A DNA stretch of 44,757 nucleotides from Catajapyx aquilonaris (taxonomy: Eukaryota): assembly GCA_000934665.2 (NCBI GenBank), contig KZ539333.1:1-44757 (forward strand). The letters are read 5' to 3'. The stretch's first letter is position 1; each line of letters begins with the position of its first letter. Positions 23,637 to 35,430 of the stretch are shown here, piece by piece. The translations under genes were made by a program, and so were the position numbers. The notes below the pieces were generated by a model that searched no databases, was not told the origin of the DNA, and saw only the letters and a list, made by a program, of their open reading frames with translations.

Positions 23637-24550
23637 ACTACAGTGTTGTTCTTGTTGTTCATTAACCGTTATTGTTTATACTGTTGTTAGCGAATAAGAA
23701 TATATCTGCTAATGCTGCATTACTGTCCTTTGTAGAATTGATTACGAAAACAGACTTGCAATTTGGACTGCAGTCGTACCAGAATTTGTTCAGAAGGGAC
23801 GGTACAACATGGACGCCAACATATTGCAGTTTCCTCTCTACGGAAATGGAACGTTCTGGAATAGATTGGGTAAGACTTATACGGAAGTAAAGTAAGAATT
23901 TCAAGCGTATTTTTTCCTCTGATCTGTATATAGGTCTTATTTCTGAATTTTAAACTCCATCCGTATCGATGGACATATCGTGGCCTTTCTCGCTTGCGGT
24001 TGATACACCTGATCCATCAAAATGTATCCCGCTAATATGACCAACGATTGTTGTTGTTGTTAATAATGGTGATAATAATAACAATAATAATAATAAATAA
24101 CACGAAGACCGACGACTGTGAACTAAAATTGGGGAACACTGTTATTTTCATGCAGAGGGTCTCCACATCTACGGAGTCTCAAAGCTGGAAGTAGTGGACA
24201 TAAATGGCGAGACTCGTCTTCAGGAGAAGGACACTGAACTGACTATTACTTACAGGAAAACTGCAATGAGACTGAACAACTTGTTCGAAGGAAACTCTAT
24301 TATGCGTAAGTACTTGTTGAAATGATTAGTTTTCATCCATCTATAGAATAACAATGGTGTCGTTGCAGAAGAAGCAGCTTCTGCATTCCTGAACATGAAC
24401 ATGGATATTGTTATGGATGAATTCAGACGTACAACCAAGGGAACATTTCATCAAATTACAGGCAACCACGTAAACAAAGCTTTAAGTCTTATCAAACTGG
24501 ATGACTTGGCCGGAAGTGAGTACATCAAGGAAGCGTTCTTCCTCGACTAA
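23086..24550 (+). CDS. Takeout/JHBP-family copy 6 (6 exons, intact)
   Basis: MKTLLVMFLFTVSYTAAITLG / CKGIPRNELEPC / GIKELGWDVDDCHYD / LQFPLYGNGTFW / DDLAGSEYIKEAFFLD*. Confidence 0.88.
23574..23635. repeat. (TAC)n microsatellite in intron 3 of copy 6
   Basis: About 20 perfect units. Confidence 0.95.
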
Positions 24551-25343
24551 TAATATCCTGATATATTGGAGAGTCAATAAAATGTTGTTATTGTATCATA
24601 AATATAATATTAATTTCTGCCGATTAACACTAACAGTTTTCTCCTCTCGAGCTAACTAATCCACAACTCTGGAAAAATTAATGCAGTAATATCCATATCA
24701 TCTCACCTCATACTCACAGTCAGACCTAATAATGGGGATACATGCGTGGAATAATTATGTGCCGATATGACGTGTAAAAGATGACTGCGGATACGAAATA
24801 TCGATACGATGGGCTCATGTTACTAAAAGATGCATTCAACTATCAGTGTTATTCTATGTTTATTTAGATATTAGAATAAAATGAAGGTGAATATTCTCAG
24901 GAAATACATGAAACATTAAAGATTTTAATAACCCTCACAAACCTCATTAATTAGTTCCTTACAATAACTTTGACATCAATGTTCATCGTAACTCCACAAG
25001 AAAAAAAACGTTACATGCAATCCTTACTCAATTGAGGCATACATTATAATTATGGACCTGTTATAGTGTTGGGTTGCAAAATAACCAGAATATTTCATAA
25101 CGGAAAATGTGCTCCTTGATACGGTCATCATTGTTCGCAGTAATTAAATGAGATCATGCATATGTTACCTCGCAGTGTTTTTATATTTCCAGAGTTGTGG
25201 ATTAATTCTACTCAACAGCTACATCTGGTGGATATCACAACTGGTGACAACAAGAGTCATAACTCAAATAATGCATTTTACATGAGAGCGTAAACTATTT
25301 TATTCCATCTTCAATACATCATGAATATAATCAGGTATAGTGA

Positions 25344-27376
25344 CTAATCGACGAATAATGCGTCCTTGATGAACTCGCTTCCGGCCAAGTCATCCAATCT
25401 AATCATACTTAGAGCCTTGTTTACATGGTTGCCAGTGACTGTGCGAAATGTTGCCTTATCTGAAGGTTGATACTCATTCCAAAAAACATCCAAGTTGGTG
25501 TTGAGGAAAGCCGAAGCCGCTTCTTCTGCAATGATACCATGATTATCTCAGGTGGATGAAAATGCATCACTTCAACAAGTAACGCACTTACGCATAATAG
25601 AGTTCCCGTCGTACAAGTTGTTCAGTCTCATTGCCATTTTCCTGCAACTGTAGGTTAATTCTGTATCTTTCTCTTGAAGATGTGGCTCGCCATTTATGTC
25701 CACTACTTCCAGCTTTGACACTCCGTAGAGGTGTAAACCTTCTGCATGAGAATATTTGTAATGTCTTTCAATTAGTTCACATCCGTATCGGCGGAAGCAG
25801 GCGGAAGTGTCAAATATTCCCTGAAGTCATGTTGGCCTCCTGAAGGAGGGAGTTGGAGGTGGGATGATTTCTGTTCCCCTCAAAGGGTCATATTCGAGAG
25901 ACTCATTCGGGACCTGGTGTACCAACATAACGCAGGAATGTTGACGACACTTCCATCGATACTGATGGAAGTTAAATTCAGAACGAAATGCTATTCATAT
26001 GTTGAAATCACGATTTTTACTTCCAATTAAGTCTTACCCACACGATTCCAGAATGTTCCATTTCCATAGAGAGGAAACTGCATTATCTTGGCGTCGAGGT
26101 TGTACCGCCCCTTCTGGAGAAGTTCGGGTATCACCACAGTCTAAATTGCAAGTGTGTTTTCGTAGTCAATCCTACAAAAGACAGTACCATTCTGCTGTAC
26201 TTTAACCCAAGGTGGCAATTGTCAGTATTTAAATGATACGCATGTTGGTCACTTCGCCAATATCCTACTTCAGGTATGTCAATTCGAAGTCCTCCAATCC
26301 GCTCATCGTTGCTGAATGAAAGTGTCCCTGCACGTGGTTCATCCCACCTTTCTGGTCAAGAGAGACAGAGTCGTAGTGGCACTCATTGGCACCCCATCCC
26401 AATTCTTTAATACCTGAAACAAATCCATAATCATCATTCACGTATGATTATTTCTTCATTATGATAAATCTTGGGATGTATGACACCCACACACACACGT
26501 AATGTACCTTCTTGAATCATAGGCTTCATTTCATTAATCAACTGCATGATGCATGGTTCCAGTTCACTCCTTGATATTCCTTTGCACCTCTTGTACGCTT
26601 CATCTGACAAATAGGGATAAACATGAGGGCAATAATTATTATCATTGCACTGTTGTTTGGATATTTAGATAATGGTTTGGATATATTGCATACTGTAGTT
26701 TGGAATTTGAATATTCAGTAGGAATTATACTTACAAGGGAAGGTCACGGGGTGATAATGACGGATCTTGATGAAATTTAACATGCTTATGCAGAACAATA
26801 TATGATACCCAAAAATGAAATATTTCGGTCGGGGGCCCATATTTGCAAAAGTTATGACGTCTTAAGGTTCCAAAAATGATACATTTTCGTTCATAATGGG
26901 ATTACATTAGCGACCACATATAATGACATAGAAGTGTGTAATCAGTTTCTACACTTTTTCTCATCGGAAAAAAGTCCTACAGAACGGGTTTGTCCTTCCG
27001 TCCGTCTGTGGACAGGTATCAAGGCCTAAACCGTAAGAGATACAGAGCCGTTATGTAGGACTTTTTTCCGATGAGACAAAGTGTAGAAACTGATAACACA
27101 CTTCAATGTCATTATATGTGGTCGCTAATGTAATCCCATTATGAACGAAAATGTATTATTTTTGGAACCTTAAGACGTCATAACTTTTGCAAATATGGCC
27201 CTCCGCATGAAATATTTCATTTTTGGGTATCATATATTGTCCAATATTAGCATGTTAAATTTCATCAAGATCCGTCGTTATCACCCTGTGACTTTCCCTT
27301 GTTAGATTTACTTACCGAGAGTGATGGCTGCAATGTAGGATACTTCGAAAAGGAACAGAACCAAAGAACACTTCAT
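25344..27376 (-). pseudogene. Takeout copy 7, full structure with one nonsense mutation
   Basis: All 6 exons are present. The conserved LAIWT reads LAI*T (TGG>TAG, plus-strand cta at 26141-26143). Confidence 0.8.
26733..27302. mobile_element. About 570-bp foldback element in intron 1 of copy 7
   Basis: Arms of about 255 bp (acaagggaaggtcac...gtcctacagaacgg / ccgttatgtaggac...gtgactttcccttgt) around an about 60-bp spacer containing tccgtccgtctgt. Confidence 0.9.
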
Positions 27377-28089
27377 GTCGGTTGAGCCTGCTAAAGTATT
27401 ATGGACTGCAATTCACATCTGGAAAAACTTGTGCCCTATACTTACCTTGCAGAAGGAAATGGAAGAATTACCTTGCAATAATTGACAAAAAAGCAGGCAT
27501 ATTATAATACTTAGCTTCTTATAATGTATGATAATGACTGTAATTAAGCATATGTCGTCTTGATATTACAACATTTTATTACAATTGATCGAAGGAAGTT
27601 TGACTTGACAACGACCAATCTGCTGCGTTACTAATGTAAGGTGTGCAAGGACTGGCTCAGTTAGTAATAAAACAATAAAAAAGTATTTTAAAAAATCTCT
27701 TTTAACGTGTCATTGGCTTGAGTAGTGCAAATTGGCATTCAAAAGTTGCCAGTTTGAAAGTCCAGTTTGATGTTTCTGTGTGAATCTCGCAAGGAGAGAA
27801 GTATATTATTTAACAGTCATAGGCTAATACACCGTCTCTCAACTCCCTGTAACAAAGTGTCTGTCATTGAGGTACTGAACCTATTTTACATGACAGAATA
27901 ATGGAGAAGGCTCAGAAGAATAATGGAATGAAAAGCACATGTCGAAGGTGAGAACACAAGAAACTCTTGACCGCCGTCAGGCTCGTAGACCGAGACAGAC
28001 TACGCAAGTCGAAGAGGAGAGCATGAGAAACTGCTACTTGCATCTGCCATTTCCGCCATCCAACCTAGTCAATCACGATCTAAGAATAC

Positions 28090-28370
28090 TCAGGTCTGTA
28101 TGGTCACTCCCACCCACCCCCTGCCCGGGCGTTTTGCAGAAGGTGCTCACTTGAGAGCGCCATGAGACATTTCAGAGCCCAGGTAAAGTGGCGACCAGGT
28201 GGCGACCCTACCGGACTAGGCTGAACTTTATAGGTACAAAAGGGAAGCGCTACATTGGGGGACCCAGCGTGGTCGCCGGCGGCCATTTTGGGCCCGCATG
28301 TACCGCTTCCCTTTTGTACCTATAAAGTTCAGCCTAGTCCGGTAGGGTAGCCATTTACCTGGGCTTCAAA
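28090..28370. mobile_element. Foldback element remnant (same family as 9519-9739)
   Basis: accctaccggactaggctgaactttataggtacaaaagggaagcg pairs with cgcttcccttttgtacctataaagttcagcctagtccggtagggt. Confidence 0.8.
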
Positions 28371-28682
28371 GTTCAACTGAACAATATTACCAATCTGCTC
28401 TGTTACTAAAGTTATTTCCAAGGATTGAGTGAGAAATTTCTCATATAAGTACAACCACCATTGTGTTTAATCCCGGTTTTATTCGGTTTTATTTCCATTT
28501 TTGACATATTTGACGATAATCGCAATCTTCTTTATACCTACAGTAGCATTTTTTTTTATTCCATCACTCCACTAATAAAACTTGCATGGTCAATGCCCTT
28601 GAAATTTGCCTCATTTTTATATAAAGGACAAGGCACACCGTGTTTAATATTGATGAACAATTAGATCATAACATAAGTTACA

Positions 28683-30609
28683 TTACTGCTGGTTGATAGA
28701 AAATGCTTCCTTGATAAATTCGCTTCCAGCCAAGTCATCCAATCTAATCTTACTTAAAGCCTTGTTTATATGGTTGCCAGTGACTGTGCGAAATGTTGCT
28801 GTATCTGATGGTTGAAACTCATTCCAAAAAACATCCATGTTCGTGTTGAGGAAAGCCAAAGCCGCTTCTTCTGCAAAGACATCATGATTATCTCAGATGG
28901 ATGAAAATGCTTCACTTCAACAAGTAATAAACTTACGCATAATAGAGTTCCCATCGTACAAGTTATTCAGTCTCATTGCCATTTTCCTACTACTGTAGGT
29001 AAATTCTGTATCTTTCTCTTGAGGATGTGGCTCGCCATTTATGTCCACCACTTCCAGCTTTGAGACTCCGTAGAAGTGGAAATCCTCTGTGTAAGAATAT
29101 GTAATGTCTTTCAATATGTAGTTCACATCCGTATCGGCGGAAGTGTCGAGATTTTCCTCCCTCCGACACCATACCTCCTCATGAACGGGACAAGGATAGG
29201 AAAGGAAGGAATCGGCTGTGGCCTATTATTTAGGAAGCAACCCCGGAATTCTCCTGGGTGGACCGTGGGAAACCACAGAAAACCACGGTTAGGATTGCCG
29301 GCCCCGGGGCTGGAACCCAGGACCTCCCGATTAGCAGTAGGATACCTTATCCTCCAAACTGCTTCGGTTACTTCCGTATATAAGTCTTAAGCTCTTACCT
29401 ACACGAAGCCAGAATGTTCCATTTCCATAGATCGGAAACTGCAATATCTTCGCATCCACGTTGTACCTTCCTTTCTGCACAACTTCAGGTATAGCCACAG
29501 TCCAAATTGCAAGTCTATTTTCGTAATCAATCCTACGAAGGACAGTATCGCCCAATTAGAACACATATTTTCATTGGCTAACAGTGTAATAAATAGGCTA
29601 CATTATTTTCCTGTTTGGCATGTAGGCCATGGGCCCTTATTCAGGGGAGTGGAATACCACCATTTCGCTCCATTTTTCTGAATTAACTACAATCTCCGGT
29701 GGAAGGTATCAAGGACGTAGGGTAAGGTTAGGGATTTTTGGGGAGGGGACACATGTGCAGGCGCAATGTCTCAATAATGGGCCATGCTTGTGCAGTCCCC
29801 CAGGAGGATAGGTTGCCAGACACTTCCTTGGTGCAGGTCAGAGACCCTCCCGACTATAGCCTGCATTTCAACTTATTATTATTGTTTTTGTTATTGTTGC
29901 TGTTGTTTTTGCTGCTGTGTTTTAACCCAGGGTGGAAATGTCAGTATTTAAATGTACTATCTGTCAAAATTAGTTTCGGCCACTTTATCCTCGTCTTGAA
30001 GCAACTCTTCACACACACACACACACACCTCCTCAACGCAGGGCCTGTGCGAAGGGTTGCTTCAAAACCAAGATAAAGTGGCCGGAACTAATTGAGACCG
30101 ATTAGTATTTGTGTTGGTCACTTCGCCAATATCCTACTTCAAGTATGTCAATTCAAACTCCTCCAATCCTCTCATCGTTCCTGAGTAAAAGTGTCCCTGC
30201 ACGTGGTTCATTCCACCTTTCTGGTCAATCGAGACAGAGTCGTAGTGGCAGTCATCAACATCCCATCCCAATTCTTTAATACCTGAAACAAATCCATAAT
30301 CATCATTAAAGTATATTTCTTCATTGCAAGAATTCTTGGCATGCCTAGCACGTACCTTCTTGAATCAAAGGCTTCATATCATTAATTTGCTGCACTATGC
30401 ATGGCTCCAGTTCATTTCGTGGTATTCCTTTGCATCTCTTGTACGCTTCATCTGATACATATAAAGGATAACATATTGGGTGAATTCTCATTACATTATA
30501 GGACAAAGCCATAGTTTGGATGTTTAGTAATGTCCTAGAATAACTTACCCAGAGTGATAGCTGCAGTGTAGGATACTCCAAAAAGGAGCACAGCCCATAA
30601 AACATTCAT
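28683..30609 (-). CDS. Takeout/JHBP-family copy 8 (6 exons, intact; insertions in introns 3 and 4)
   Basis: MNVLWAVLLFGVSYTAAITLG / CKGIPRNELEPC / WDVDDCHYD / FPIYGNGTFW / DDLAGSEFIKEAFSINQQ*. Confidence 0.87.
29186..29369 (-). mobile_element. tRNA-derived SINE family A, partial copy
   Basis: The reverse complement matches 43245-43430 (actgctaatcgggaggtcctgggttc..cgtggttttctgtggtttcccacggtcc..taggccacagccg). Confidence 0.88.
29957..30105. mobile_element. About 150-bp TA-flanked hairpin MITE in intron 3 of copy 8
   Basis: aattagtttcggccactttatc..tgaagcaac pairs with gttgcttca..gataaagtggccggaactaatt. The paralogous empty site aaatgtacatgtgttggtcac is at ~34910. Confidence 0.8.
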
Positions 30610-31141
30610 GTTGGTTGCGCCTGTTCAAGTGGTATGGCCCGCAAAGAAAAAACCTGTACACATTGTTTCGTTGCATTACTTCAGAAGGAAGTGAAGGAAT
30701 TATTTATTGACAAAATAATTGCCAATATATTATCATGTAGGCCTACTTAGTGTTAGTTTCTGATAATGTATGATAATGATTGTAATTAATCCTTTGTTGT
30801 CTTGGTATTTCAACAGTTACAGTTTGTGAAGGAAGTTCTGCTTAACAACGACAATTCTACTGCGTAATGGAAGATGTCCAAGGACTGGCTCAAGGACTGG
30901 CTGAGTTAGTAATAATGTTGAAAACAATAGCAAAAAGTTCAAAAAATAATAATTTTTAACGTGTCATTGGCTTGAATAGTGAAAATTGGCATTCAACAGC
31001 AGTGGCCAGTTTGATGTTTCTGTAAAACACTTGTGCATCTCTCAAGTAACAAAGTGTCTGTCAATGAGGTACTGGTACCGGTATTTTACATGACAGAATA
31101 ACACATTTGATTCACTTTCCATTAAATCAGACATTATGTGA

Positions 31142-32063
31142 CTAATCAACGAAGAATGCTTCCTTGATGAACTCGCTTCCGGCCAAGTCGTCCAATCTAA
31201 TCTTACTTAAAGCCAAATTCACATGGTTGCCGGTGATATCGCGAAATGTCCCCTTAGTTGAAGCTTTGAATTCATCAAATAAAACATCCAAGTTCATGCT
31301 GAGGAAAGCTGAAGCCGCTTCTTCTGCAATGACAAGTTATCTCAGTTGGATGAAAATAAACGTACGACGTATTGATTTCAACAAGTAACACTCTTACGCA
31401 TAATAGAGTTTCCATTAAACAAGTTGTTCAGTCTCATTGCAATTTTCCTGTAACTGACTGTCACTTTCGTGTCCTTCTCCTGAAGACGAGGCTCGCCATT
31501 TATGTCCACTACTTCCAACTTCGACACTCCGTAGATGTGGAATCCCTCTGCATGATAATAAACAGTGCTATTCAGAATTGAGTTCATATCCATATCTGCA
31601 GAAGTGTCGTCTTCGGTTCTCTTCTAAGACTCATATTTGATGCGTACATTTGAAATCATTAGTACCAATATTATAATCAGGACTCTGGACGTTATTTTAT
31701 TCTCTCGATTGGAACTGAAGCTAAATTTTGATACCAGGTCTCGCAAGATCACAATTTTTATGTCAATGTAATTATTCTAGAAGCCTTACCTACACGATTC
31801 CAGAATGTTCCATTTCCGTAGAGAGGAAACTGCAATATGTTGGCGTCCATGTTGTACCCTCCCTTATGGACTAATTCAGGTATCACCACAGTCCAAATTG
31901 CAAGTCTGTTTTCGAAGTCTATCCTACAAAGAATGCCCGGTAGAGCAGTATTAGAATAATACAGACTTTCCTTGCCCCCCCCCNNNNNNNNNNNNNNNNN
32001 NNNNNNNNNNNNNCGGTACTACTACTACTACTACTACTATTGCTGCTGCTGCTGCTGCCGCTG

Positions 32064-32120
<57 letters not shown>

Positions 32121-32639
32121 GAGTGATGTCCAGTCTTAGTATTCACACGTCATGTTGTTCATACTTCAGGTATGTCAAGTCAAATTCCTCCAGTCCGCTA
32201 GTCGTTCCTGAATGAAAGTGTGCCTGCACGTGATTCATCCCACCTTTCTGCTCCACAATGACAGAGTCGTAGTGGCAGTCATCAACATCCCATCCCAATT
32301 CTTTAATGCCTGTAACAAATACCTAATCGTTATTCTCTTACATTTCTTTGTTGTAATAAATATTGGCATGTCTGACCCTTACCTTCTTGAATCAAAGGCT
32401 TTATATCGTGAATTAAATTCACGATGCATGGCTCCAGTTCATTTCGTGGTATTCCTTTGCACATCTTGTACGCTTCATCTGACACATAAGGGATAAAATA
32501 TTTGGGGAATTCTCATTGCATTATTATATTGGACAAAACCATAGTTTGGATGTTTAGTAATGTCCTAGAATAACTTACCCAGAGTTATGGCTGCAGTGTA
32601 GGATACTTCGAAAAGGAGCACGACCAAGACAGGCTTCAT
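31142..32639 (-). CDS. Takeout/JHBP-family copy 9 (6 exons, intact; assembly gap in intron 3)
   Basis: MKPVLVVLLFEVSYTAAITLG / CKGIPRNELEPC / WDVDDCHYD / FPLYGNGTFW / EAFFVD*. The N-run at 31984-32013 is intronic. Confidence 0.83.
32017..32119. repeat. (CTA)n/(CTG)n compound microsatellite
   Basis: Directly visible; explains the poly-Ser ORF. Confidence 0.95.
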
Positions 32640-33201
32640 GTCGCTTGCGTCTGTTCAAGTGTTATGGCCTGCAATTTACATCAGAGAAAGGTTGTGGGCT
32701 TACATTTTATTTCCTTGTTTTGCAGCAGAAGGAAATGGAAGAATTACCTCAATAATTGATAAAAACCCATACCAATTATCATTTACTGAGTATCTCTTGA
32801 TGCATGATAATGACTGTAATTAAGTTTATGTCCTCTTGGAATTGCAAGATTTTCATGGGATTATTTCGAAGGGAGTTAGATTTTATTTTATTATTCTGTT
32901 GATGCTGCTGACATGATAGTGGTGATAAGTAAGATTAACGAGAGTGGGCCCACTCTGAAATCGTGTTTAATCGTCGAATTTATCACCTCTTAAATCTAAT
33001 GAACGTATTGATCAAGAATAAACTGAACAATATTGTCCTAAAGTGGATTACCCTAGACTAATATTATATAAAATCAGACAAGTGCGACAAGACCCAATCT
33101 CCTATAAGAACAGAGCGTGTGTCAATGAAGGTATTCACATGACAACATAACATAATTAATTATTTTATTCACTCTCAAATACATCAAGTATAATGTGGCA
33201 A

Positions 33202-35430
33202 TTATTCGACGAAGAATGCTTCTTTGATGAATGCGCTTCCCGCCAAGTCGTCCAATCTAATCTTACTTAAAGCCTTGTTTACATGGTTGCCAGTGATTTT
33301 GCGAAATGTTGCCTTATCTGATGGTTGAAACTCATTCCAAAAAACATCCAAGTTTGTGTTGAGGAAAGCCGAAGCCGCTTCTTCTGCAATGATACCATGA
33401 TTATCTCAAATGGATGAAAATGCATCACTTCAACAAGATACACACTTACGCATAATAGAGTTCCCGTCGTACAAGTTGTTCAGTCTCATTGCCATTTTCC
33501 TGCAACTGTAGGTAAATTCTGTATTTTTCTCTTGAAGATGTGGCTCGCCATTTACGTCCACTACTTCCAGCTTTGACACTCCGTAGAGGTGTAAACCTTC
33601 TGCATGAGAATATTTGTAATGTCTTTCAATTAGTTCACATCCGTATCGGCGGAAGTGTCAAATATTCCCTGAAGTCATGTTGGCCTCCTGAAGGAGGGAG
33701 TTGGAGGTGGGATGATTTCTGTTCCCCTCAAAGGGTCATAATCGAGAGACTCATTCGGGACCTGGTGTACCAACATAACGCAGGAATGTTGACGACACTT
33801 CCATCGATACTGATGGAAGTTAAATTCAGAACGAAATGCTATTCATATGTTGAAATCATGATTTTTACTTCCAATTAAGTCTTACCCACACGATTCCAGA
33901 ATGTTCCATTTCCATAGAGAGGAAACTGCATTATCTTGGCGTCGAGGTTGTACCGTCCCTTCTCCACAAATTCGGGTATTGCCACAGTCCAAATTGCAAG
34001 TCTATTTTCGTAGTCAATCCTACGAAGGACAGTATCGCATAATATTAGAAGATACGTATATGAGGGCGGTACCAAAATGATTGACATTTTTTTGCCGCAG
34101 ACACAACGCCCATGCAGGTCGAAAAATAGGCACAGATGATATATAGAATCTTACTGGAGCCAAATGCACTGACATTGGCACTGGTCAACCTCTCCAGGCC
34201 TTCCTGGAACCACTCTTTGGTGGTGCGGCGAACACACCACCGGACAACTCTTCACAGTCAACAATGTCCTCGAAATGGCATCGGCGAAGGGACTATTTAA
34301 ATAATATATTCGAACAGATGAAAATCACTGGAGGCGAGGAGCATGGTGGTCTAGTGGCTATTTTACTGGCCAGCCAAGCGGGAGGTCCGGGGTTCACATC
34401 AGGCAGTCACCTTCGCTTGGTCGGGTCTTTTTCCCTTTTCGTCCGACATATCCGGGCAAAATTGCACTCCCTTCTCTGCCCATGACCAAGAGAAAAGCTC
34501 TGGTATATTTAAGAGGGTCAGAAATAACTATTACTTTAAAATGCCCTCAAGCACTCAAAGCGATATCCATGGAAAAATTCCTTCGCCGACGTCATTTTAA
34601 GGACATTGTTGATAGCTGCTGACTGAGAAGTTGTCCGGTAGTGGGTTCGTCGCACCACCAAAATGTGGTTCCTGGGGGGCCTGGAGAGGTGGCAACAGCC
34701 ATTAAACTCCTGCGCATTCGGCTCCGGGAGGGTTCTGTCGCTAGTGTGTGCCTATTTGCCGACCTGAATGATCCCTTTATTTTCGGGGAAAAAATAAATT
34801 GTAAATCATTTTGGTACGGCACTCGTATTTTCATTGGCTATTGGTTACTGTTGTTGTTGTTGTTGTTTATGCTGCTGTGTTTTAACCCAGAGTGGCAATG
34901 TCAGTAATTAAATGTACATGTGTTGGTCACACGCCAATATCCTACTTCAGGTATGTCAATTCCAACTCCTGGAGTCCGCTAATCGTTGCTGAATGAAAGT
35001 GTCCCTGCACGTGGTTCATTCCACCTTTCTGGTCAATCGAGACAGAGTCGTAGTGGCAGTCATCAAGATCCCATCCCAATTCTTTAATACCTGAAACAAA
35101 TCCATAATCATCATTAAAGTATATTTCTTCATTGCAAGAATTCTTGGCATGCCTTAGCACGTACCTTCTTGAATCAAAGGCTTCATTTCATTAATTAGCT
35201 GCACTATGCATGGCTCCAGTTCATTTCGTGGTATTCCTTTGCACCTCTTGTACGCTTCATCTGACACATGAAGGGTGAAAATATTGAGGGAATTCTCATT
35301 ACATTAATATATTTGGCCCAAACCATATATTGAATGTTTAGTACTAGGAATATCTTAAAAGTAACTCACCCAGAGTGATGGCTGCAGTGTAGGATACTGC
35401 GACAAGGAGCACAGCCAAGGAAAGCTTCAT
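33202..35430 (-). CDS. Takeout/JHBP-family copy 10 (6 exons, intact)
   Basis: MKLSLAVLLVAVSYTAAITLG / CKGIPRNELEPC / WDLDDCHYD / MQFPLYGNGTFW / TYSCRKM / EAFFVE*. Confidence 0.87.
34061..34825. mobile_element. Mariner-derived element built from two inverted 3' ends, TA-flanked
   Basis: ta|tgagggcggtaccaaaatgatt ... aatcattttggtacggcactcg|ta. The minus strand at ~34190-34330 reads SDFHLF..SLRRCHFEDIVDCEE..RRTTKEWFQEGLERL, and a diverged copy reads on the plus strand at ~34580-34700. Confidence 0.8.
34332..34550 (+). mobile_element. tRNA-derived SINE family B, older copy nested in the mariner remnant
   Basis: tggtggtctagtgg..ccaagcgggaggtccggggttc..ttgcactccctt..agagaaaagctctgg matches the reverse complement of 42208-42510. 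Confidence 0.75.

Noticed and set aside
23419..23697. Poly-Tyr ORF (and poly-Ser ORF 31919-32146)
   Set aside because: Read-through into intronic microsatellites.
29600..29865. Insertion in intron 3 of copy 8
   Set aside because: Absent from paralogs and probably a retroposon fragment, but no clear TSD, TIR or second copy to classify it.
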